A stretch of DNA of 64,000 bases from contig CAZYLF010000001.1 in the NCBI GenBank assembly GCA_964648765.1, positions 12,155 to 76,154 of the forward strand, given 5' to 3'. The stretch comes from an uncultured Candidatus Saccharibacteria bacterium. Its GTDB lineage: Bacteria; Patescibacteriota; Minisyncoccia; Phycocordibacterales; JACOZG01. How positions within the stretch are numbered: the first letter of the stretch is position 1; every line of letters starts with the position of its first letter. The notes below the pieces were generated by a model. That model did not search any database, had not been told where the DNA came from, and saw only the letters and a list, made by a program, of their open reading frames with translations. The position numbers were made by a program, and so were the translations under genes. This document shows positions 43,185 through 51,008 of the stretch, in pieces.

Positions 43185-43790
43185 CTACTTAGCCGCACCC
43201 ACCGCCGCCCGCTCACGTTGAAGCCTACGCAACTTCTTCGTCTTCGCCGGTCGGAGGTAGAAAGGACGAGCATTCTTCCTATTTCCGTCGGGTGGAACCA
43301 TGATCACCTGTCGACCCGAACGCGACAGCTCCTTCCAATCAAGCTCAATTGCTCGCTCCAAGCTTGGCGGTTTCAGACAATCTTCTTCATCACGAACCTT
43401 CTTGAGCATGGCTTGTTCCGCTTCAATGCGCTTCAGATTCTTCTCAACCTGAAACATCTCGCGATCACACTCCATCACAAACTCAAGCTGATCGGTTCGC
43501 GCTGACTCGAACTGTCCCAAGTGACACCAGCCAGTGGCGCTTGGGTTCTTCTTTGCCGCGTCTTCGGCCGAAACCGAGGCGATAACGACAATGGTCTTTC
43601 CGGCCACGGGCGGGACAATCTCGTCCCCATGAACTTCCTGAAATGAGAGGTTGCCCTTTCCCCAATCGAAACTGACGTCACGACAACCCAGCTGCCCGAA
43701 CCAGTACTCGACACCATTCGCATCAACGGCTTTGCCCCAAAAGAGGCCATTTGCAGCTGTCACTACCGTTCTGACTGTCACATTGAACAT
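43185..43790 (-). CDS. hypothetical protein family A, copy 2 (201 aa; basic C-terminal tail), GC-rich island
   Basis: ATG with GGAGAAAG SD. N-terminal VTVRTVVTAANGLFWGKA and AGKTIVVIASV segments parallel the 215-aa protein. C-terminus RPAKTKKLRRLQRER. Confidence 0.55.
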   Translation of the reverse strand: MFNVTVRTVVTAANGLFWGKAVDANGVEYWFGQLGCRDVSFDWGKGNLSFQEVHGDEIVPPVAGKTIVVIASVSAEDAAKKNPSATGWCHLGQFESARTDQLEFVMECDREMFQVEKNLKRIEAEQAMLKKVRDEEDCLKPPSLERAIELDWKELSRSGRQVIMVPPDGNRKNARPFYLRPAKTKKLRRLQRERAAVGAAK

Positions 43791-43847
43791 CGCTTTCTCC
43801 GTAAAGATCTGCCCATTATCTCCACCACACGGCGAAGATTTATATCA

Positions 43848-43883
43848 ACTTACATCCTACACTATTTTAAACTAAAAGTCAAG
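43848..43883 (-). promoter_or_regulatory. repeated promoter module, copy 2 (identical 36-mer)
   Basis: Exact duplicate of 43058-43093, placed about 60 nt upstream of the 201-aa gene start. Confidence 0.5.
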
Positions 43884-43892
43884 GGGTAATGA

Positions 43893-43934
43893 GGTAAAGA
43901 AATAGGCCAGTTAGTGTCTTCACACTAACTGGCC
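43893..43934 (-). terminator. hairpin terminator after the 175-aa gene
   Basis: Perfect 13-bp stem ggccagttagtgt/acactaactggcc with cttc loop. The trailing T-run is modest. Confidence 0.45.
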
Positions 43935-43957
43935 CGTCCGCACTCTGCGGGGCTATA

Positions 43958-44485
43958 CTAGCCAACCAATTCGGCAAACTGACTGAGCAGCTCCTGACTC
44001 TGCGCCTGGAGCTTCTGCTCCCCTTCTTCCTGCGCCGCTTCGAGATTTTCAACGAGCTCCCAGTACAACTTGGACGCCTCGTCCAGATCGAACGTTTCGC
44101 CAGAGACGTACTGTTCCAGTTCCCACGCCATCTGGCGAATGTCGTTGATGTCGTCCTCACTTACATTTTGGAGATCATCAATCGCAACTTTCAAGTTCGG
44201 AATCGTCGATGACCTCAGGAATTTCACCTGCTTGTTTCTGAAATGCTGCGTCACTTCGACGAGCACATCAACCGCGCGCTGCGGCGCAGTCCCCCACAGC
44301 GTGACGACATCCTTAATCTTCTGTTTGATGTCTGCCGTAAGTATGAAATGCCGAAATCGCGAGCGGCCATCACCCACCTCTTCACCTTTGAGATCCCTCC
44401 CCGTGGCCTTCTCAATCTCCACCTTGAGTGTATTGAGAAGCCCAGTGAAAAGTGCAACGGTTGGTACAGTGTTTGGTCCTGCCAT
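43958..44485 (-). CDS. hypothetical protein family B, copy 1 (175 aa; helical, acidic C-terminus), GC-rich island
   Basis: Start at internal ATG (MAGPNTVP) with AGGAGA SD; the tracked 5' extension would run through its own promoter. Homologous to the 193-aa neighbour (TLWGTAPQRAVDVLVEVTQHFRNKQVKFLRS vs AQWGEGKSEEAVETLRNAESHFKRQQVAYLRA; C-termini QELLSQFAELVG vs QSLVEQFADIM). Confidence 0.55.
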   Translation of the reverse strand: MAGPNTVPTVALFTGLLNTLKVEIEKATGRDLKGEEVGDGRSRFRHFILTADIKQKIKDVVTLWGTAPQRAVDVLVEVTQHFRNKQVKFLRSSTIPNLKVAIDDLQNVSEDDINDIRQMAWELEQYVSGETFDLDEASKLYWELVENLEAAQEEGEQKLQAQSQELLSQFAELVG

Positions 44486-44544
44486 GTGATTCTCCTTCCA
44501 AATCAAGTTGCTTTTGCAGTGCCGAAGTGACACTACCTGCAGTC

Positions 44545-44576
44545 CATTATACACGAATCAAGATATTTGTCAAGCC
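44545..44576 (-). promoter_or_regulatory. repeated near-consensus promoter, copy 1 (TTGACA, 16 nt, TATAAT)
   Basis: Reverse complement gcTTGACAaatatcttgattcgtgTATAATgg. Matches 45301-45332 with one mismatch. Confidence 0.55.
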
Positions 44577-44600
44577 CCCCCCTTCACACGGGTCGCTTTT

Positions 44601-44645
44601 GGGACAAATGAAAAGGCCGGTTGATGTTTTTAATACCAACCGGCC
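44601..44645 (-). terminator. hairpin terminator after the 193-aa gene (ggccggtt...aaccggcc)
   Basis: 9-bp perfect stem ggccggttg/caaccggcc, extendable to about 12 bp with one mismatch, plus flanking T-rich run on the minus strand. Confidence 0.5.
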
Positions 44646-44659
44646 CGGCTATTGCCTAG

Positions 44660-45241
44660 TTACATGATATCAGCAAACTGCTCGACCAGGGACTGGCCCT
44701 GGTTTGCGAGCGCCGCCTGCTTTTGGGCCTCGCTCTGCTGCTCGCGCTGCTTGGCCGCCTGCGCTTGCGCCTTCTTGCGATCGGCGTTCCGCTTCTCCTG
44801 AGCGGTGACGGCAGCTTCGCAAGTGTCGACAATCACCCAGTAGTCCTTCGACGCCTTGGTGACATCCACATTCTTGCTTTCAACCGCGCACGTGTCCAAC
44901 GCTTGGAGCAACAATCGGGCCGGATCGAGAAGATCATTCTCGACACCCTTGGTCGAAAGCTCCGCGATGAGCGATGCTAGCTTCTCCGTCGCGTGGGCCC
45001 GCAGGTACGCAACCTGTTGGCGCTTGAAGTGACTCTCCGCATTTCGGAGTGTTTCAACCGCCTCCTCGGACTTCCCTTCGCCCCACTGCGCGGCCGCCGT
45101 CCGGATCTTCTCCCGGATCTTGAACGAGAGTTCAAATCCAACAAAGCACGGGCGGCCACCATTGGCGCCAACTGCGGCGATGATGACAGCTTTGAAAGCC
45201 GCCATCATTTCACAAAACTGCTTGTAGGTAACGCTGACCAT
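44660..45241 (-). CDS. hypothetical protein family B, copy 2 (193 aa; helical, Gln/Ala/Lys-rich acidic C-terminal region), GC-rich island
   Basis: ATG with GGAGA SD; paralogue of the 175-aa gene; about 65-70 % GC. Confidence 0.55.
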   Translation of the reverse strand: MVSVTYKQFCEMMAAFKAVIIAAVGANGGRPCFVGFELSFKIREKIRTAAAQWGEGKSEEAVETLRNAESHFKRQQVAYLRAHATEKLASLIAELSTKGVENDLLDPARLLLQALDTCAVESKNVDVTKASKDYWVIVDTCEAAVTAQEKRNADRKKAQAQAAKQREQQSEAQKQAALANQGQSLVEQFADIM

Positions 45242-45300
45242 AATTCGTCTCCTCTATCTCAACGAACGTTCTGAGGTGCCGCATTGACACCATCTACCTA

Positions 45301-45332
45301 CCATTATACACGAATCAGGATATTTGTCAAGC
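45301..45332 (-). promoter_or_regulatory. repeated near-consensus promoter, copy 2 (TTGACA, 16 nt, TATAAT)
   Basis: ccattatacacgaatcaggatatttgtcaagc lies immediately 3' of the polA stop, upstream of the 193-aa gene. Confidence 0.55.
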
Positions 45333-45335
45333 GCT

Positions 45336-47663
45336 TTAGGCTAATTCGGCCCAGTTGAGCCCTTTTTTGGCGGTGACGGTGAACGGGATTGGGTCGGTGA
45401 TGATAGATTCCATGGCGGGCTTTATTATCTCAATCGCTTTTGGGAGATCCTCCGTTTTAACTTCATACATCAGCTCATCGTGGATTTGGAGGAGGAGAAA
45501 GGCGCTGTTTTTTAGTGGAGATTCAGCGATCGCATTGTCGGCCTTAATCATCGCGAGCTTCACAATGTCGGCGGCCGTACCTTGCAGTGGCGCATTCATC
45601 GCCATACGCTCAGCCGAAGCGCGGATAAATGGCACTTTAGATTTAAGCCCAGGGAATTGTCTGCGACGCCCAAAAAATGTTTCTGTATATCCTTTGGCTG
45701 TGGCATCGGCGATCACGTTATCAAAATAATTTTTAATTTTTGGGAAGGTGGCAAAATAATTTTCATAAAAGAGCGCCGCCTCCTCGCGCGTGCTCCCAAG
45801 ATTGGCGCGTAAAGCATTTACGCCCATGCCGTAGATAATCCCGAAATTAATTACTTTGGCTTTTCTCCTCATCTCTTTTGTCACCTCGCCTTCCGCCACG
45901 CGGAAAACGCGCGCAGCAACGCTCGTGTGCACGTCGGCGCCGGTTTTAAAAATTTCGGTTAAAACTTCATCGCCCGAGAGTAGCGCGAGCACGCGCATTT
46001 CAATTTGTGAGTAATCAAAAGCTAAAAGTTCAAACCCGGGCCCCGCCCCGCTAGCAGCGGGGGTCGCCACAAACGTCCGCCGAATTTCTTTCGCCAATCC
46101 CTCGCCAGCTGGAATGTTTTGGAGATTTGGATCGATTGAAGAAAATCTCCCCGTGGCCGCGCCCATTGGGTTCAGTGTGGTGTGCAATCGCCCATCTGCC
46201 GCCACAAGTTTAGGAATTGCGTCAATGTAAGTGGAGAGCAATTTTTGTAATTCGCGCTGTTTGAGAATTGCCGGGATAATGGCGTGTGTGTCTTTTAACT
46301 TTAAAAGTTCTGACTCTCGCGTGCTGCGCGCACCACCAGCCGTCTTCTTTAACCCTTTGGCTGTTAACTTTAATCCATCAAACAAAACTTCACCAAGCTG
46401 CTTAGGAGAATTTATATTAAACTCTCGTCCGGCTAATTTATAAATTTCACCTTCAAGTTTAGTAAGTTCCACATGTGAATCTTTTGAAAGTTTCTCCATC
46501 TGCTTCACATCAATCAGCATCCCCCGCTCGTTCTGGCGCTTAAGAATTGGGATTAGGGGTAACTCAATTTTTTCATAAACCTCCCAAAGTTTGCCGGTTT
46601 TTTTCAGTTCCGCCTCCAACTCACTTAAACTTTTCTCCGGTTCTGGATTTGTGTCCTCGGAATTTAATAACCAAGCGGCAAGTATTGCTTTGGGTTCTAT
46701 TATTTTTTTCTCGATCTGCTCGACCTCCTTTTCTTCTGATTTACCGTTTAGATTCTGAAGTCGGGCGAAGAGACTTTTGAATCCATATTCGGTAAAAACT
46801 TTTTCGGCAACCTTAACGTCAAAGGTTTCTTTCCAAACTTTTTCAGGGAATTTAAACTCAATCGGTGCATCGCGACGAATCGTGGCGAGGGTTTTAGAAA
46901 ACAGCGCCTCTTCTTCACCAGCTTTTAAAAGTTCCAAGGTTCGGGCCTTCACTCCCGCTTTTAAGAATTCTTCATCACTCTTTTTTAACTTTTTATAAAT
47001 ACTTTCAAGTGAGCCGAAGGTTCCGATTAAAGTTGTGGCACTCTTTTCGCCAATCCCGCGGATGCCAATAATGTTGTCGGAATTGTCTCCCGCCAAACCT
47101 TTATAATCCGGCAAAAGTTTGGGTTCAAAACCAAATCTGGCCACCATCGCCTTTTCGTCATACAAAATTGTGTCGTTCAAACCTTTTTTTAAAGTGTAAA
47201 CGAGCACGCGATCATCATCCACGAGTTGCATGGTGTCCATATCGCCGGAGGCAATAATTACTCGCAGATCTTTATGATCCTTTAATTCTTCTACCGCCGT
47301 GCCGATAATATCGTCCGCCTCAAAGCCGGCTTTGTCGTAAATTGGAATATTAAATCCTTCAAATATTTTTCGGGAAGAAATAATTTGCGCCACCAACGCT
47401 TCATCAGTTTTTGGTCGACCAGCTTTGTAATTATCATAAATTTCTTTCCTAAACGTTGCTTCAGCGCGATCGTAGCAAGCGATAATATAATCCGGTTTTA
47501 GTTCCGTAATAATCCGCATCAACATACTCGACAAGCCATAAAGCCCGCCCGTTGGCTCCCCCGACGCCGACACAAAGTCCGGTATCGCATGATACGCCCG
47601 ATGCAATATCGCATGCACATCAAGCAAAACTACCGTGTGTTTAAAATTCAATTTCTCTTTCAT
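45336..47663 (-). CDS. polA: DNA polymerase I (5'-3' exonuclease + polymerase domains)
   Basis: 5'-nuclease N-terminus (LLDVHAILHRAYHA), polymerase motifs A (DYSQIEMR), B (RRKAKVINFGIIYG) and C (HDELMYE). The start is taken at MKEKLNF about 51 codons inside the tracked ORF (approximate). No obvious 3'-5' exonuclease motifs were checked. Confidence 0.85.
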   Translation of the reverse strand: MKEKLNFKHTVVLLDVHAILHRAYHAIPDFVSASGEPTGGLYGLSSMLMRIITELKPDYIIACYDRAEATFRKEIYDNYKAGRPKTDEALVAQIISSRKIFEGFNIPIYDKAGFEADDIIGTAVEELKDHKDLRVIIASGDMDTMQLVDDDRVLVYTLKKGLNDTILYDEKAMVARFGFEPKLLPDYKGLAGDNSDNIIGIRGIGEKSATTLIGTFGSLESIYKKLKKSDEEFLKAGVKARTLELLKAGEEEALFSKTLATIRRDAPIEFKFPEKVWKETFDVKVAEKVFTEYGFKSLFARLQNLNGKSEEKEVEQIEKKIIEPKAILAAWLLNSEDTNPEPEKSLSELEAELKKTGKLWEVYEKIELPLIPILKRQNERGMLIDVKQMEKLSKDSHVELTKLEGEIYKLAGREFNINSPKQLGEVLFDGLKLTAKGLKKTAGGARSTRESELLKLKDTHAIIPAILKQRELQKLLSTYIDAIPKLVAADGRLHTTLNPMGAATGRFSSIDPNLQNIPAGEGLAKEIRRTFVATPAASGAGPGFELLAFDYSQIEMRVLALLSGDEVLTEIFKTGADVHTSVAARVFRVAEGEVTKEMRRKAKVINFGIIYGMGVNALRANLGSTREEAALFYENYFATFPKIKNYFDNVIADATAKGYTETFFGRRRQFPGLKSKVPFIRASAERMAMNAPLQGTAADIVKLAMIKADNAIAESPLKNSAFLLLQIHDELMYEVKTEDLPKAIEIIKPAMESIITDPIPFTVTAKKGLNWAELA

Positions 47664-47691
47664 TTGCCTGCATTTTAGCATAATAACCCTT

Positions 47692-47734
47692 TGCAAAATA
47701 AAAAAGCCCCATCCACCAATCGGTGAACGGGGCC
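47692..47734 (-). terminator. rho-independent terminator after the 219-aa gene, upstream of polA
   Basis: Hairpin gccccatccacc/ggtgaacggggc, followed on the minus strand by TTTTTTTATTTT. Confidence 0.6.
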
Positions 47735-47757
47735 CAAGGTCTAAGGATCCAAAAGAT

Positions 47758-48417
47758 TTAGGATTCCAAGACCTGCGGACTAACCGGAGGGACAAGAACG
47801 GCAAAGCCATCGTCAATACCCCATTGATAGTCAGGGCTGTCTTCGCCTACAATAAAACCACCACCAGCGCCACGACTGGAAACTCCGATGAAATGCGGAC
47901 GTGAGAACCGAGCGATTTTGATGGGCTCGTGCAGACCAAAGATAGACTTAAGCCCCATCGCCCCGATCTCATCATTAGGGAAAATCCGGCGAACCCAGCA
48001 GATAATTTCAGCACTCTGATCCTTACCGTAGATAAGGTTATGCCAGTCACAATATCTGCGAATGTTCCGAAGGGTTCGTCCTTCGTCCTCCCAGAGCCTA
48101 CCTGGCAAAATTACCACTTCGTACGTTGTGCCTCTCGGTGTGACCATAACTGGTGACTCATGCAACATACTTGCCGCCACGTTATCCACATTGTATCCAT
48201 TCTCGTGGAACCAATTTGGCCACCCCCAATTAGGTGTCCCTGTCGAGAAGAAAGAGAAACGAATCCATCCGTTCTTGTCTATTCTCCAACGACGCTTTTT
48301 TTCAGAGACAGCAAGTTCACCACTGAGTAACCGCTTCGCCCCTTCAGGCCCGCCGAGTTTATTAAACACGGCTTCAACACTAACGCCACCAACAGAAAGT
48401 TCATACTTAGGAGGCAT
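47758..48417 (-). CDS. hypothetical protein, 219 aa, GC-rich unit
   Basis: ATG preceded by GGAGAAAGG. Trp/Gly-rich (NWGWPNWFHENGY). Third copy of the TTGACT-type promoter upstream. Confidence 0.5.
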   Translation of the reverse strand: MPPKYELSVGGVSVEAVFNKLGGPEGAKRLLSGELAVSEKKRRWRIDKNGWIRFSFFSTGTPNWGWPNWFHENGYNVDNVAASMLHESPVMVTPRGTTYEVVILPGRLWEDEGRTLRNIRRYCDWHNLIYGKDQSAEIICWVRRIFPNDEIGAMGLKSIFGLHEPIKIARFSRPHFIGVSSRGAGGGFIVGEDSPDYQWGIDDGFAVLVPPVSPQVLES

Positions 48418-48526
48418 CACAACACCCTTTCTCCGACTATTAGTCAGACTTCCCTCAACCTATTAGATCAAGGGGCTTGTCCTCGCGGGTAGGCAACACA
48501 CCTCCCCAAATCAAAGAACTGCAAAG

Positions 48527-48555
48527 ATTCTACACCATTGGAAGCTAGAAGTCAA
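48527..48555 (-). promoter_or_regulatory. putative promoter (TTGACT, 17 nt, TAGAAT) for the 219-aa gene
   Basis: Reverse complement cttaataagaccTTGACTtctagcttccaatggtgTAGAATctttg. The ctaNaagtcaag core is shared with the 36-nt repeat. Confidence 0.45.
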
Positions 48556-48562
48556 GGTCTTA

Positions 48563-49018
48563 TTAAGCAGAAAAGATTATTTCTCGGGAGTTTTCGTCGA
48601 GGGTGCGGAAGTGGAGATGGAAGTTGGAATTAACCGAACCCTCCCCCACGCGCTCCGGCCATTCTACTAAAATTAAATTTTCAGGATTTTTTAAAATTTC
48701 TTCCCAGCCAATTGTTTTAAGTTCCTCCGGACCTTTCAGTCGATAAAAGTCGATATGAATTAATTTTTTGTAGCCACCTGAATTTTCTTTAAGATCATAA
48801 TCACGACGGATAACAAACGTCGGACTTGGCACCGTGCGCTCTACTCCAAGCGACTTAGCCAAGTGTTGAGTAAACGTGGTTTTACCACTCCCCAAATCAC
48901 CAGATAAAAACACCACCGTGGCCTGTTTTGGTGAACCTTTTTGTAAAAAAAGATGATTTTTAAGCCACTCCTCGGCCAAAGTTTGCGTCGTTTCCAAATT
49001 TTCACTTAACCGCTTCAT
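48563..49018 (-). CDS. tsaE: tRNA threonylcarbamoyladenosine biosynthesis protein TsaE (YjeE)
   Basis: Walker A GDLGSGKTTFTQ in a 151-aa protein. Confidence 0.8.
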   Translation of the reverse strand: MKRLSENLETTQTLAEEWLKNHLFLQKGSPKQATVVFLSGDLGSGKTTFTQHLAKSLGVERTVPSPTFVIRRDYDLKENSGGYKKLIHIDFYRLKGPEELKTIGWEEILKNPENLILVEWPERVGEGSVNSNFHLHFRTLDENSREIIFSA

Positions 49019-49092
49019 TACGTCATTCTATCATACCGCGTCAATCTATTATTTATCCTTAAATATGCTAGTTGTTATGTTACAATAGTTTT

Positions 49093-50784
49093 ATGACGAT
49101 TGATTTTAAAGAAGAGAAGCAAGAAAAAAAACTGGATGAATTAAAAACCAGAGAAGCTGAGGCTCTTGCTCAAACTCTTTCAATAAAATACGGCATTCCT
49201 TACATCGATCTCACTAAATTCCCAATTAATACCGACGCCCTGCGTTTAATCCCCGAGGCCGAAGCGCATGAGGCTCATCTCGCCGCGTTTAAAGTGGTAG
49301 GTAAAGAGCTATATGTGGCCATTCAATCCCCTAATCAGCTCCCAACCCAAAGAGTTATCCAAGAATTGAAAGATAAAAATTACCAACTAAATGTTTACCT
49401 CGCCTCAGCGGAAAGTTTAAATCATGCTTGGGAGCGTTATTTAGAAATCTCCGCTTCATCCAAGGCTAAATCAGGGGTAATTGATATTTCTGATGAAGAA
49501 ATTGCCAGTCTGCTTGAAAAGTTAGTGACCACTGACGAAATTATAAAAATGTTTGCCGAAGAAAGCGAAACTTCACTAAAAACCGGAAGCATCTCCAGTG
49601 TTTTAGAAATTATGTTGGCTGGGGCGATTAAAATTGGTGCCTCCGACATTCACATTGAGCCCGAGGAGGCCGACACGCGACTCCGCTACCGCTTAGACGG
49701 CGTGCTCCACAACATCACCACCTTCAATAAAAAGATTTACAATCAAATCCTCTCTCGAGTTAAATTAATTTCTGGCCTTAAACTAAATATCAAAAGCAAT
49801 TCTCAAGACGGCCGCTTTAGTATTAAAATCCGTGATATGGAAATTGAGGTCAGAACCTCGATGCTTCCAGGCGCCTACGGAGAATCGATAGTGCTTAGAA
49901 TTTTGAATCCGGAAACTTTAACGATCCCCTTTGAGGGTTTAGGGATGGAAAACCGCTTGCTTGAAATGGTAAATCAAGAAATTGCCAAGCCAAATGGCCT
50001 GATCCTCCTCACTGGCCCTACCGGAAGTGGTAAAACCACCACGCTTTACGCTTTTTTGAAGAAGATTAACTCTTCAGAAACTAAAATTATTACGATTGAA
50101 GACCCAATTGAGTACCACTTAAAAGGCATCAACCAAACGCAAGTAAATCGTGAAAAGGGTTACGACTTCCTCTCTGGACTCCGCTCCGCTCTCCGCCAAG
50201 ATCCAGATGTGATAATGGTAGGAGAAATTAGAGATGAAGAAACAGCCAGCATTGCTCTTAATGCGGCGCTCACTGGTCACTTGGTATTTTCTACCCTTCA
50301 CACCAACAACGCCTTTGGCGTAATTCCAAGACTCATTGATCTTAAGATTAATCCTAAAATCCTCGATGCCGCGCTCCGAATCTCAATCGCCCAACGCCTT
50401 GTGCGCACCCTTTGCCAAAAGTGCAAAAAAACCGCCAAGGCGGATGAAAAGAATACCAAGATGATCACCGCCGTGCTCGGAGCGATTAAAGAAAAGCGGC
50501 CCGACCTCGCGCATGAATGGGCCGGCGAGGTGTGGGTGGCCGAGGGTTGCGACGCCTGCCAGCACACTGGTTACAAAGGGCGGCTGGGGGTGTTTGAAGC
50601 AATTAAAATGGACAGTGCCGTAACAAAGTTATTGGAAAGTAATCCCAATGAGGCAGAAATAAAAAAGGCCTCCGCGCCTCAAGGGATTCTTGATATGCGA
50701 GAGGATGGTATACTTAAAGTTATCGCTGGAGTGACGTCGCTAGATGAGCTAGCGCGAGTGGTAGATTTAGATACAGATCTTTAA
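49093..50784 (+). CDS. second GspE/PilB-family secretion/pilus ATPase with N-terminal GSPII-E domain
   Basis: Walker A LLTGPTGSGKTTT; Asp and His boxes; tetracysteine CxxC...CxxC. Start at the ATG after the TACAAT-like element. Confidence 0.8.
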   Translation: MTIDFKEEKQEKKLDELKTREAEALAQTLSIKYGIPYIDLTKFPINTDALRLIPEAEAHEAHLAAFKVVGKELYVAIQSPNQLPTQRVIQELKDKNYQLNVYLASAESLNHAWERYLEISASSKAKSGVIDISDEEIASLLEKLVTTDEIIKMFAEESETSLKTGSISSVLEIMLAGAIKIGASDIHIEPEEADTRLRYRLDGVLHNITTFNKKIYNQILSRVKLISGLKLNIKSNSQDGRFSIKIRDMEIEVRTSMLPGAYGESIVLRILNPETLTIPFEGLGMENRLLEMVNQEIAKPNGLILLTGPTGSGKTTTLYAFLKKINSSETKIITIEDPIEYHLKGINQTQVNREKGYDFLSGLRSALRQDPDVIMVGEIRDEETASIALNAALTGHLVFSTLHTNNAFGVIPRLIDLKINPKILDAALRISIAQRLVRTLCQKCKKTAKADEKNTKMITAVLGAIKEKRPDLAHEWAGEVWVAEGCDACQHTGYKGRLGVFEAIKMDSAVTKLLESNPNEAEIKKASAPQGILDMREDGILKVIAGVTSLDELARVVDLDTDL

Positions 50785-50787
50785 AAG

Positions 50788-50955
50788 TCAAAGTCATAAA
50801 CCCCTAAACAATCCTTTTAATGCAAAGCATTTAAAGTTAGGTTGATTCTCAAGGATAGCACCAGCAAATCTCCCGAAGGAGATGAACCAAAACGTCCTTT
50901 TGAATAACCCGTTTAAGCCGGTGGGCTCAGTTGCTTAGGGGTTTATGCTTTTGAC
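50788..50955 (+). ncRNA. candidate structured RNA (long-range approximately 20-bp terminal helix enclosing about 125 nt); identity unknown
   Basis: 5' gtcaaagtcataaacccctaa pairs with 3' ttaggggtttatgcttttgac. Internal hairpins aatgc-aaa-gcatt and tctcc-cgaa-ggaga. Lies in the 224-nt pilB2-ruvB spacer. Confidence 0.3.
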
Positions 50956-51008
50956 AAGAAATCAACGCCTCAAATGAACGAACCAGATACTAGCATAAAA
51001 ACAAATCA

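Noticed and set aside
43218-44530. Numerous overlapping ORFs on both strands inside the GC-rich island (for example 43218-43505 +, 43475-43750 -, 44070-44489 +, 44243-44530 +, 44251-44457 -).
   Set aside because: These are shadow ORFs typical of high-GC DNA with few stop codons. Each overlaps a longer co-oriented gene that has an SD and promoter, and none has its own translation signals.
47664-47816. 51-codon 5' extension of the polA ORF (MTMALPFLSL...), and similar extensions on rplS (25 aa), the desaturase (50 aa), yebC (73 aa), mutM (9 aa) and the 175-aa island gene (23 aa).
   Set aside because: Conserved N-termini and SD sequences sit at internal ATGs. The extensions run through promoters or terminators, or overlap upstream genes.
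42294-48560. Interpreting the GC-rich block as a prophage or integrative element.
   Set aside because: No integrase, recombinase, transposase, capsid, terminase or att duplication could be found, and polA inside the block looks native. It is treated instead as a set of independent insertions of unknown origin.
50788-50955. Calling the intergenic structured element SRP (4.5S) RNA.
   Set aside because: Only a loose architectural resemblance to helix 8. The apical loop is CGAA rather than GNRA and the conserved AGCAGCC side is absent, so it is left as an unclassified candidate.
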